From Acidobacteriota bacterium (lineage in GTDB: Bacteria > Acidobacteriota > Vicinamibacteria > Vicinamibacterales > CAVVIG01), in contig JACPZW010000003.1 in the NCBI GenBank assembly GCA_016195265.1, positions 67,279 through 131,278 on the forward strand: DNA of 64,000 bases, read 5' to 3'. Under the pieces are notes generated by a model, which was given only the letters and a program-made list of their open reading frames with translations, was not told the DNA's origin and did not search any database. The position numbers were made by a program, and so were the translations under genes. Below, one piece after another: positions 27,392 to 35,897 of the stretch (the first letter of the stretch is position 1; each line of letters starts with the position of its first letter).

Positions 27392-28969
27392 TTGGGTTCC
27401 ACGCCGCCACACAAGGAAGCTCTGTTGCCTCACTCAGATCGTCTGAACATCGCCGTTTTCATCGACTTCGATAACATCGAGATCGGCGTCAAGAACACCC
27501 TCGGCCAGCAATTCGACCCCGGCGTCATCCTCGACGCGATCAAGGAACGGGGCGAGGTCGTCACCAAGATCGCCTACGCGGACTGGACGCGCGCCGGCGA
27601 GTACAGCCGCGCGCTCACGCAGCACGCGATCCGGCTGGTGCAGCGTAACCTCACGCCCGGCGGCGACAAGAACGGCGCCGACATCAACCTCGCGCTCGAC
27701 GCGCTCGAGATGGCGTTCACGCACCCGCACATCAACGCGTACGTGATCGTCGGCGGCGACAGCGACTTCCTGTCGCTCGTCGAAAAGCTCAAGCAGTACG
27801 ACAAGAAAGTGCTCGTCGTCGGCGGACGCCAGTTCACGAGCATGATCCTGCAGAAGAACTGCCACGAGTTCATCGCCTACGAGAACCTCGCGGGCGTGCG
27901 GAAGAACGCGCGGCAGAGCGGCCGGCCGATGCCCGCCGCGGCGACGGCGACGGCGCCCATCGCGCAGGCGGTGCCGCTCATCCGGCGCGCGCTGAAGATT
28001 CTCGCGGACCGCGAGGTCACGCCGCAGACCGGGCTCCTCAAGAGCACGCTGCTGCAGCTCGACTCGACGTTCTCCGAGCGCAACTACGGGGCGTCGTCGT
28101 TCCTCGACTTCGTCGAGAAACTGGCGCAGGCGGGGCTCGTCAGCCTCAAGCACGCGGGCCGCAGCGTGATGGTCGAGCTCAACGCGGGCTTCGTGGACGA
28201 CGGTCAGACCGTCGACGCGACGGCTGGCGCGACGCCCTTCGTAGGCCGGATCCTTTCGGACCCGGCTGCGGCGGCACCGTCCGGCAACGGCAGCGGTTCA
28301 GACGCTGCCGCTGAGGGCCTGGCTGATCAGGCGGGGCCAAAGGACGCGCCCTACGCGGGGCCGACCGAGAGCCAGGAAGCCGGCGTCGCGCGCGCGAAGG
28401 AGATCCTCGCGGCGGCCACGCACGCGCGCTGGCCGATGTACCTGCGCAACGTGAAACAGATCCTGCGGCAGCACCGGGGGACAGGGGCCCCCGGAGTGAA
28501 CGACGCCGGATTCGACGAGCGCCGCTACGGCTTCGGCGGACTCATGGATCTGCTGAAGGCGTGTCAGAAAGAAGGCCTCGTCCGGATCGAGCGCGACCGC
28601 CGCGGCGGCCTGCGGGTCTTCCAGGGCGCCGTGCTCCAGCAGCTCGCGCCCGCGCTGCCGGTCGGCGGCGCCGTACCGCAGCCCGATTCGTTGGAGCGCT
28701 TCGAGACGCAGCCGTTCGTGGCAGAGCCGCACAATCTGCCGCCGCACGTGGACCTCATCGACGTCGAAGATCAGCCGATCGGCGTCATTCCCGTCGACAC
28801 GACCGCGGAGCTGCTCGGCCGCGCCAAGCCGAAGAAGTCCGGCGGCCGCACGCGCATGGCCCGTCCGGACGCGGATGCGACGCCGAAGAAGCAGCCGGCT
28901 CGGAGAAGCGCAAGCGGTGGCGGGGCGCGACGTCCTGCGCGGGGTAGAAAAGGCGCGGAAGGAATCTAG
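27392..28969 (+). CDS. NYN-domain (LabA/DUF88-like) protein with OST-HTH/LOTUS-like C-terminal regions
   Basis: NIAVFIDFDNIEIG...KIAYADW...DINLALDALEMA...YVIVGGDSDFLSLVEKLKQYDKKVLVVG. The start is either TTG 27392 or TTG 27425, which is preceded by AAGGAAG. Its stop shares the tetranucleotide CTAG with the convergent gene. Confidence 0.75.
   Translation: MGSTPPHKEALLPHSDRLNIAVFIDFDNIEIGVKNTLGQQFDPGVILDAIKERGEVVTKIAYADWTRAGEYSRALTQHAIRLVQRNLTPGGDKNGADINLALDALEMAFTHPHINAYVIVGGDSDFLSLVEKLKQYDKKVLVVGGRQFTSMILQKNCHEFIAYENLAGVRKNARQSGRPMPAAATATAPIAQAVPLIRRALKILADREVTPQTGLLKSTLLQLDSTFSERNYGASSFLDFVEKLAQAGLVSLKHAGRSVMVELNAGFVDDGQTVDATAGATPFVGRILSDPAAAAPSGNGSGSDAAAEGLADQAGPKDAPYAGPTESQEAGVARAKEILAAATHARWPMYLRNVKQILRQHRGTGAPGVNDAGFDERRYGFGGLMDLLKACQKEGLVRIERDRRGGLRVFQGAVLQQLAPALPVGGAVPQPDSLERFETQPFVAEPHNLPPHVDLIDVEDQPIGVIPVDTTAELLGRAKPKKSGGRTRMARPDADATPKKQPARRSASGGGARRPARGRKGAEGI
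28241..28354. repeat. REP-like pair (heads outward) inside the NYN-protein linker
   Basis: GTAGGCCGGATCCTTTCGGACCCGGC (28241-28266), 58 nt containing a GGCAGCG/CGCTGCC hairpin, then GATCAGGC-GGGGCCAAAGGACGCGCCCTAC (28325-28354). Confidence 0.65.
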
Positions 28970-31743
28970 CGCTTGCCTTCGTTTTCGAGGTAGTCCACCC
29001 ACTGCTTGACGAGCGGGATCTGCGGGCCCTTCGCCCGCGTGTACGCATCGGCGTACTCGCGGGCGAGCTTGAGGTCCTCGGCGCGGCCGTGCACCAGCGC
29101 GCCGGACGAATGCAGCGTGTAGATCCATTGCACGCCGAGCGACAAGGCGTCGCGATCGTCGCGGCGATTCGCGAGGTACCGCTCGAGCGTCCGCACCGCC
29201 TCCCGGCCGCGGCCGAACGTCCCGTACAGCAGCGCCAGCGGTTTGGTGAACCGCGCGTCGGACGGCCACTTGCTGACCGCCTCTTCGAGAATCGTGCGCG
29301 CCTGGCCGAGATCGCGGCCGCGCATCAGCGCATCGCCGAGCCACTGATAAATCTGCGGGAACTCGGCGCCGTCGATGAGCGCCGTCTGCCACGCGCTCGC
29401 GGCCTCGGTGTCGTGGCCGGACGCCGCGAACGCGGCCGCCAGGTAGACGAGCGGCGCCGTGCTGTCCGTGTCCGGATCGATGGCCTTCTTGAAGCTCGCC
29501 TCCGCCTTGCCGAAGTCGCCGCCCGCCAGCAGCGCGACCCCCTGATCGAATGACGCCTTCGCGGTCGCGGGCACGCGCTCGCGGAACGGCGCGACGACGT
29601 CGCGGCTGACGACGGCGTCCCGCTGGAACGCGGGGGCCAGCGCCGCTTCGTCCACGGGCAGGAACAGCTCGGCGTCCATCGACGCGTTGCCGATCGCGCC
29701 AAGGCCGTCCGCCGACGTCATCAGCACCTTCGGCGCCGCGACTTCGAACCCGCGCGACAGCGTCTTGATCGACCGCCCGTCCTCCGACAGGATCGCGCGC
29801 AGCACGTATTTGCCCGGCGGCAGCTGGCGCACCGGAATCGCCTTGGTGAAGATGACGCGCGTGTCCCCCGCCGGATGCGGCGCCACGTCGGCGTTGAGCA
29901 GCGCCGGGGCGTCCGGATCGGTCGCGATCTCGTACTCCATCGTGACCGAGTCGGCTTTCGAGCCGTACGCCTCGACGTAGCCGTGCACGAGGCCGAACGT
30001 CACTTCGTAGCCGATCGTCGGCTGCAGCAGCTCGCCGCCGTCGAGCGGGCCGCCGACCATCAGCTCGCTGAGCGTGACGCCCGGCGCGTCCGGCAGCGCC
30101 GCGTGCAGCGGATGCTCGATCGTGCCGACGCGATCGCCTTCGGCGATCGCGAGCTTCATCGTGTAGTCGCCGGGCGCGAGGCTGGCGCCAGCGGTGAACT
30201 GCAGGGGCGACGGCACGCCGGTCATCGTCGGAAACAAGCGGGCGTCTGTGGATTTGGAATCGACCAGGCGTCCGTTGCGATCGGTGATCACGTAGCCGAT
30301 GCTGACGACCTTCGAGTTCGCGTAGTCGGATCCGACGTCGGCGTGGATGAGCACCTGGACCTTGTCGCGCTCGGGGCCCTGCAGCCCGTACGACGCCACG
30401 CGCAGCGGCAGCGCCGACGACAGCAGCGGCGACGCGAGCGCCGACGCCATGGCCCGCCGCGGCGATCGCGCGGGACCGCCGGCGCGCAGTTCCGCCGGCT
30501 CGTTCAGCATCTGGCGCCGCGACCGCACGAGCGCGCCGCGCCGCGGCACGTCCACGCGGATCGGATGCCCTTTCCCGTCGCGATCGCGCGGATCCGATTC
30601 GACGGCGAGCAGGTAGTAGCCGGACAACTCCGACTCGATCCGCTCGAAGAGATTCGCGCCGGTGCCGGTCACCGTGAACATCGTGCCGCGCGCCGCGCCG
30701 GCCAGCATCTCCAGGCCTTCGCTCTGCGCCATGCGGTCGCCGATCGGGTTGAGCGGCGCTCGTGTGTTCGTGATGTCGAACATCCCGTTGTCCAGTTTGA
30801 GTACGTAGACGCTGGTGCGCGCCGCGGCGGCCAGGTTTCCCAACTCGCTGACCAGGCCCGGATCGTTCAGCACGAACCCTTCGGAGATCAGCACGAGGGT
30901 CTTGGGCGCGTCAATCCCGCGCAGTCCGGTCAGCAGCGCGCGGAGCGCGTCGAGCGTCTCGGCGGCCTCCCGAAGCGCGCTCTGCGCCCGATCGCGCGCT
31001 TCAACCTGCACCTGCGTGATGCAGACGTCGAGCGCGGCGGGCCCGGGCGGGAGGTTCTGGCACTCCCGCGTCACCACGTCTCCCGTGGTCATGCGATCGC
31101 CGCGGTCGATCGCCACCGCTTCGGTGAAGCTGATGTTGTGCTCGACGAACATCTGCGCCTGTTTCAGGCCCGTCATGCGCGTAATCGCCTGCTTCACGCG
31201 CGCGCGGTCGGCCGTGAAGGCCGTCGCGGGCGCGCCGACGCCGATGCCGGCGACGGCCACGCGATCGGCGGGCGACAGCCGGTCGATGAACGCGCCCGCG
31301 GCTTTCGAGATCGCGAGCGCGCCGCCGAAGCGGATGTTCGGCTGATCGATCGCGAGCACGATGAGGCGGCCGCCGGTCGAGCTGGCGTTCGAGCTGAATC
31401 CGTCAGGTGGCGGCGTGGCCGGCGACGCGCTTTCGGGCGTGACGAGCGAGATCCACTCGGCTGAGACTACCTTGCGCGGATTGCCATCGATCCGCACGTT
31501 GAAGTCGGCCGGCTTCAGATCGGCAACCGGCTTGCCGCGATCGTCCACGACGGCGACGTCGAGCGACGTGACTTCGACCGAGGACGTGAAGCGCGGCGGC
31601 TGCTGCGGCGCCTGGGCGAGGACTGAAGAGGCTGACGGATAACCGCGGAGAACGCCGAGCCCGCAGAGAAGAAGGAGTACCAACCTTCCTCTGCGTTCGT
31701 CTCCGCGCCCTCCGCGTCCTCTGCGGTTAAATGTCGGTCTCAT
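28966..31743 (-). CDS. secreted VWA-domain protein with C-terminal TPR region (TIGR03436-like Acidobacterial VWFA family)
   Basis: Met 149 of ORF 28966..32187 overlaps the upstream stop (ATGA). SSVEVTSLDVAVVDDRGKPV..L...DF.V..DG, VLAIDQPNI, then TPR-like repeats at the C-terminus. Confidence 0.7.
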   Translation of the reverse strand: MRPTFNRRGRGGRGDERRGRLVLLLLCGLGVLRGYPSASSVLAQAPQQPPRFTSSVEVTSLDVAVVDDRGKPVADLKPADFNVRIDGNPRKVVSAEWISLVTPESASPATPPPDGFSSNASSTGGRLIVLAIDQPNIRFGGALAISKAAGAFIDRLSPADRVAVAGIGVGAPATAFTADRARVKQAITRMTGLKQAQMFVEHNISFTEAVAIDRGDRMTTGDVVTRECQNLPPGPAALDVCITQVQVEARDRAQSALREAAETLDALRALLTGLRGIDAPKTLVLISEGFVLNDPGLVSELGNLAAAARTSVYVLKLDNGMFDITNTRAPLNPIGDRMAQSEGLEMLAGAARGTMFTVTGTGANLFERIESELSGYYLLAVESDPRDRDGKGHPIRVDVPRRGALVRSRRQMLNEPAELRAGGPARSPRRAMASALASPLLSSALPLRVASYGLQGPERDKVQVLIHADVGSDYANSKVVSIGYVITDRNGRLVDSKSTDARLFPTMTGVPSPLQFTAGASLAPGDYTMKLAIAEGDRVGTIEHPLHAALPDAPGVTLSELMVGGPLDGGELLQPTIGYEVTFGLVHGYVEAYGSKADSVTMEYEIATDPDAPALLNADVAPHPAGDTRVIFTKAIPVRQLPPGKYVLRAILSEDGRSIKTLSRGFEVAAPKVLMTSADGLGAIGNASMDAELFLPVDEAALAPAFQRDAVVSRDVVAPFRERVPATAKASFDQGVALLAGGDFGKAEASFKKAIDPDTDSTAPLVYLAAAFAASGHDTEAASAWQTALIDGAEFPQIYQWLGDALMRGRDLGQARTILEEAVSKWPSDARFTKPLALLYGTFGRGREAVRTLERYLANRRDDRDALSLGVQWIYTLHSSGALVHGRAEDLKLAREYADAYTRAKGPQIPLVKQWVDYLENEGKR
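31638..31733. repeat. MITE-like long hairpin, family E, lying inside the 5' coding end of the VWA-TPR gene
   Basis: GATAACCGCGGAGAACGCCGAGCCCGCAGAGAAGAAGGAG...TTCCTCTGCGTTCGTCTCCGCGCCCTCCGCGTCCTCTGCGGTTAAAT. On the minus strand it is translated as FNRRGRGGRGDERRGRLVLLLLCGLGVLRGY. Confidence 0.65.
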
Positions 31744-32948
31744 TTCGTGACCGTCGCGCGGTAGCCCTGGCGCGCACGGACGTCGTGATGGCCGTCCACG
31801 CCGACCGAAATGCGCCGCCACTGGTTGTCGCGCTGCATCTTGGTGGACGAATAGCCGAGCAGATACTGATTCGACAGCTCGTCGAGCAGATCGCCGAACG
31901 CGTCGTGCAGCTCGTCGATGCTGTCGGTGAAGAGCGCGCGGCCGCCGGTCGGATTCGCCAGGCGCTCCATGACCTTCTTGAGCGCCGCCAGCGTCACGCC
32001 GCGGCCCTGCCCGATCATGTACAGCGTGACGTCGCTCGCCTGCAGCCGGCGCTCGACGTCGGCGATCGTCGCGTGGCTGCCCTGATCCTCGCCGTCGGTA
32101 AAGACGACCAGCGCCTTGCGGCCCGTCTGGCGGCCGAGCGTGTCGATGCCGCGGAGGATGACGTCGTACAGCGCCGTCGATCCCCACGGCGCGAGCCGAT
32201 CGACGGCTTTCATGCGCTCGCCCGGATCGACCGCCTTGCGCGTCAGCGTGAAGATGCTGTCGTTGAAGCCGAGCAGCGTCACGACGTCCTGCGGCGGGAC
32301 ATCACCAAGAAATTCTTCCACGGCCTTCTTCAGCTTCGTCATCGCCGGCGCCATGCTGCCCGACATGTCGATCGCGACAATGAGCTCGAGCGGCACGTCT
32401 TCGGAGGCGAAATGCGTGATCGTCTGCGGCTTGCCGTCCTCGGCCACGTGGAACGCGGACTGGGGGATGCCGCGCACGAACTTGCCGCGGCCGTCGCTGA
32501 CCGTGACCGTGACCTGCACGACGTCCACGTCCACGCGCTCGGTGTAGCCGATGGCCTTCGTCCGGACCGTCTGCCGGAGCCGCTCGCCGGCGGTCAGCGT
32601 CGCGACCGCGCGGATCTGATGCTCGCCGACCGCCGCGCCGGCGTCCCAGTCGCACTCGAACGGCGCGCGCGTGAGCACGCACAGCTGCCTTCCGTCGACG
32701 AAGAACGTCACGTTCTGCACGGTGTCCGGCGGATCGACGCGTGCGCGCAGGAGCGTCGGACCGCTCACGTAGGCGTCAGCGCCGGGCGACAGGATCTTGA
32801 GCTGCGGGGAGGCGTCAGCCGCGGTGGCCGGGGCCGGCGTCTGCGTCTGGGCGGAGACGAAAACGATCGCCGCCAGCGAAACCGCGACGGCCAGCACCCC
32901 GGCGGGAACTCCAGGCGCCAGGCGTGTCCGCGCGCGATTCACGATCAT
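31740..32948 (-). CDS. secreted VWA-domain protein (TIGR03436-like)
   Basis: 402-aa ORF with a signal peptide, VDVDVVQVTVTVSDGRGKFV, the MIDAS-like IVAIDMSGSM, and the C-terminal YLLGY...R.I.V pattern. Confidence 0.75.
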   Translation of the reverse strand: MIVNRARTRLAPGVPAGVLAVAVSLAAIVFVSAQTQTPAPATAADASPQLKILSPGADAYVSGPTLLRARVDPPDTVQNVTFFVDGRQLCVLTRAPFECDWDAGAAVGEHQIRAVATLTAGERLRQTVRTKAIGYTERVDVDVVQVTVTVSDGRGKFVRGIPQSAFHVAEDGKPQTITHFASEDVPLELIVAIDMSGSMAPAMTKLKKAVEEFLGDVPPQDVVTLLGFNDSIFTLTRKAVDPGERMKAVDRLAPWGSTALYDVILRGIDTLGRQTGRKALVVFTDGEDQGSHATIADVERRLQASDVTLYMIGQGRGVTLAALKKVMERLANPTGGRALFTDSIDELHDAFGDLLDELSNQYLLGYSSTKMQRDNQWRRISVGVDGHHDVRARQGYRATVTK

Positions 32949-32951
32949 TTG

Positions 32952-35879
32952 TTACGGAGCGCCAGGACCGTCCGTGCCCGGCATCAGCGGCCCGCCGGCG
33001 GTGGCGGCCGCGACGTAATCTTCCACGCGCTCGCGCGACAAGGTCAATGCCGTTCTCGCCATGGTCAACCAGTCCCCATCGTCGGACGGCCGGACCTCGT
33101 CGATGAAATCCTGCATGGCCGCGGCGAGGACGTTCTGGGTGAGCGCCGCCGGCAGCCCCATCTCGTTCAACGTCAGCGCAATGTGCAGGTTGACGTCGGC
33201 GACGGCCGACGCGGTCAGGCCGAGCTGCGGGCGTCCGGCGAGCGCGGGCCACTGGCCGGGCGGCGCCAGGCGCGAGCAGGCGCAGCCGCCCGCCGCCATC
33301 ATGACCATGCCCCACGCGTCGAAATCGCCAGGCCGGCCGCCGCCGAGCACGAGCAACTCGGTCAGCGTGAACATCGAGAGGGTCCGGCCCGGCTCGTGCG
33401 CGAGCGTCCAGGCCAGCGCCCGCCTGCGCGCGCGCTCCATGCCAATCTCGTCGGCGAGCGGATCGATCGCGGATGCCGCGGACGCCGCGAGCGCGCGCAC
33501 GCGGCCGCGGCCGCGCGTGACGGCGGCGACGATGGCGGCGCGGTCGGCGTCGCGGAGCGCGAACGGATTCATGAGCGACACGCTCGCGGCGAACACGTCG
33601 CGCTCGTTCGACGTGAGCCGCGGCGCCTCGAGCACGCGCTCGTAGTTGAGGCGGCGCAGCGCGAGCGGCGCGAGCGCGACGTCCAGGCCCAGCAGCGATC
33701 CCGTGACGTGCCACGGCACGTTGGGCGACACCTCCGCGCGCGGGACCGACCACATCGTCCGCTGGCGGTGGTCCGTGTCCTTGATGCCGAAGCCGAAGTC
33801 GTGGCGATGCGAGACGTCGCCCGCGAGAAGAATCGTCCCGTCGGGATCGCCCACGTAGGCGGCGTACACGAGCGAGAGCAGCGACTGCGCGAGAAGATCG
33901 CTCGAAAGTTCGAGCAGCGGCTCGCCCGCGCGCGACGCGCGCTTGAGATCCTTGCCGGCGACGGCCTTCGTCAGCTCGTCGATCGACTTCTGCACCGTGT
34001 CGCGCGGCGGCGGGGGCGGCGCGACGCCGGCAGGCGCGTCCTCCTCGTCCTCCTGGCGCGAGCGCTGCGCGATGTTGGCGGCGTGGCGCCGCAGCCGGAC
34101 CGTCGTGCTCTGGATCTCGTCGAGCGAAAGCTTCTGGCCCGCGAGCGCCGACCCCGCGGCGGCGACGTCCAGCGCGATGTCGAGCGGCGGCGTCTGCTGT
34201 TTTTCGCGCACGCGCTGCATCCGCTGCCGCTCGGCCGCCCCGAGGTCGAGCCGGTACGGCTGACCTTCCCACGTGACGCGCGCCGCCTTCCCGCCCTCGC
34301 CGGATGCCGGCCCGGACATCGCCGCGATGACCGTGGACTCCAGGTCGTCGCCCGCGGGCAGCGCGGCGATCAGATCGTCGCGCAGCCACGCCGCGAGCGC
34401 ACCCGCGCCGTAACGCCCGTCCTCGAACGGCAGTGCCGCGAGATGCGCGATCAGCGTCTGCGCCCGCGCCGGGGCCAGCGCGTGCGCGCGGACCATCCGC
34501 GCGACGAGCGCGAGCGAGCCCTGCAGCTGCGCCTGGGCCAGGAAGCCGCGGCGGCCGTCCACCACCGACAGCCGGCTCGCATGGCGGACGGCCGCGGCGT
34601 ACACCACCGGCGACGTCACCCCGATGCGCTCGATCGTGAACAGCAGCGCGCGAAAGCGCGGCAGCGCCCGCAGGGCCGTGAACGCGTCACCCCGCACCTC
34701 CGCGCGCTTCGCACCCTCCGCGCCTTCCGCACCGTCAGTACCTTTCCAGGGCGCGGCGAACACGCGCTGGCCGAACGCGAGTTGATCGAGCCGGTCGCCG
34801 CGCAGGCGCACGTCGGCGGCGCCGAGCGTCTCAAGGAGCCAGGCGGCGTCGATCGGATCCTCCTCCGCCCCGCGCAACTGCTTCGCGCCGTCGTCCGGCA
34901 AATCGGTTCCCGCGTACACGCGCGACCAGAAGCCGCGGCTGCCCGGCGACGCGGCCACGCCGGTCTCGTCCACCTGGATGCGGGCGAGCACCATCGAGAG
35001 ATCGTAGGCGGCGCGGCCGAACGGCTGCGTGCGCAGGTGCCAGTCTTTGAACGCATCGATGCCGGTCGTCGCGAGCGTCTTGAAGCGGTCGACGCGTGTC
35101 TGCGCGTTCGGCATCCACAGGCCGAGCGTGAAGGCGCGGTGCGGCGCGTCGAGGTGACCGATCGTGTCGTAGAGGTACGCGAGGCGGCCCTCGTCGAGCT
35201 CGAAGATCTGGGCCACGAACCGATCGACGCGCGTGACCTTCTCGAGCGTCACCGCCTCCCACAGCGGCACGGCCGCATCGCCTCCGGGCGGAACGACGCG
35301 ATTCGCCTCGATGCGCAAGGCGCTCGAGAACGCGGCGAACGCCGGCGCGGCGCGCTCGGCGAGGCGCGACAGAATCGCTTGGTGATCCGCCAGGTACGCC
35401 AGCGTGCCGTCGTCGAGAGCTATCAGCCCGTGGCATAGGAGCGTCGCCGTCCGGTCGCTCACGATCGCCATCACGAGCTCGTCGCGCGCGACACGGCGGT
35501 GGAAGATCGCGTCGCCCCAGACGTCCGCCGTCAGTGGAGCAGGCACGAGCTCCGTCAGCTTCGGGTCCAGCGTGACCACGGGCGGTCTGCCGCCGCGGGC
35601 GGGTTTCTGGCGCAGGCTCAGCAGGAACGCTTCGACGGCGGGCTTGCGGCCTTCCGGGTTGTCGTACACGAGGCGCGAGATCTCGGAGAGAAAGCGCCCG
35701 CGATCGGGAACGGGATCGACGCCGAGCGCGTGCGCGAATGCCGCGGTGCCGCCGGGAACCGGTACGTCGTCAGAAAGGGCGACCGCGGCGGTCAGCCGGA
35801 CCGAAAATGCCGCTACAATCGTGCACAGCATCAAGGCCGGCGCTCGCCTGGAGCGCTCGACCTTCTTGACGTTGCTCAC
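32952..35879 (-). CDS. large secreted hypothetical protein (~975 aa), first gene of an apparent operon with the two VWA genes
   Basis: GTG at 35879 within ORF 32952..36062, then KKVERSRRAPALMLCTIVAAFSVRLTAAVALS (signal-like). I recognise no domain. Coding is supported by length and GC3 bias. Confidence 0.6.
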   Translation of the reverse strand: MSNVKKVERSRRAPALMLCTIVAAFSVRLTAAVALSDDVPVPGGTAAFAHALGVDPVPDRGRFLSEISRLVYDNPEGRKPAVEAFLLSLRQKPARGGRPPVVTLDPKLTELVPAPLTADVWGDAIFHRRVARDELVMAIVSDRTATLLCHGLIALDDGTLAYLADHQAILSRLAERAAPAFAAFSSALRIEANRVVPPGGDAAVPLWEAVTLEKVTRVDRFVAQIFELDEGRLAYLYDTIGHLDAPHRAFTLGLWMPNAQTRVDRFKTLATTGIDAFKDWHLRTQPFGRAAYDLSMVLARIQVDETGVAASPGSRGFWSRVYAGTDLPDDGAKQLRGAEEDPIDAAWLLETLGAADVRLRGDRLDQLAFGQRVFAAPWKGTDGAEGAEGAKRAEVRGDAFTALRALPRFRALLFTIERIGVTSPVVYAAAVRHASRLSVVDGRRGFLAQAQLQGSLALVARMVRAHALAPARAQTLIAHLAALPFEDGRYGAGALAAWLRDDLIAALPAGDDLESTVIAAMSGPASGEGGKAARVTWEGQPYRLDLGAAERQRMQRVREKQQTPPLDIALDVAAAGSALAGQKLSLDEIQSTTVRLRRHAANIAQRSRQEDEEDAPAGVAPPPPPRDTVQKSIDELTKAVAGKDLKRASRAGEPLLELSSDLLAQSLLSLVYAAYVGDPDGTILLAGDVSHRHDFGFGIKDTDHRQRTMWSVPRAEVSPNVPWHVTGSLLGLDVALAPLALRRLNYERVLEAPRLTSNERDVFAASVSLMNPFALRDADRAAIVAAVTRGRGRVRALAASAASAIDPLADEIGMERARRRALAWTLAHEPGRTLSMFTLTELLVLGGGRPGDFDAWGMVMMAAGGCACSRLAPPGQWPALAGRPQLGLTASAVADVNLHIALTLNEMGLPAALTQNVLAAAMQDFIDEVRPSDDGDWLTMARTALTLSRERVEDYVAAATAGGPLMPGTDGPGAP

Positions 35880-35897
35880 AGAGCGCACATTATAGAC

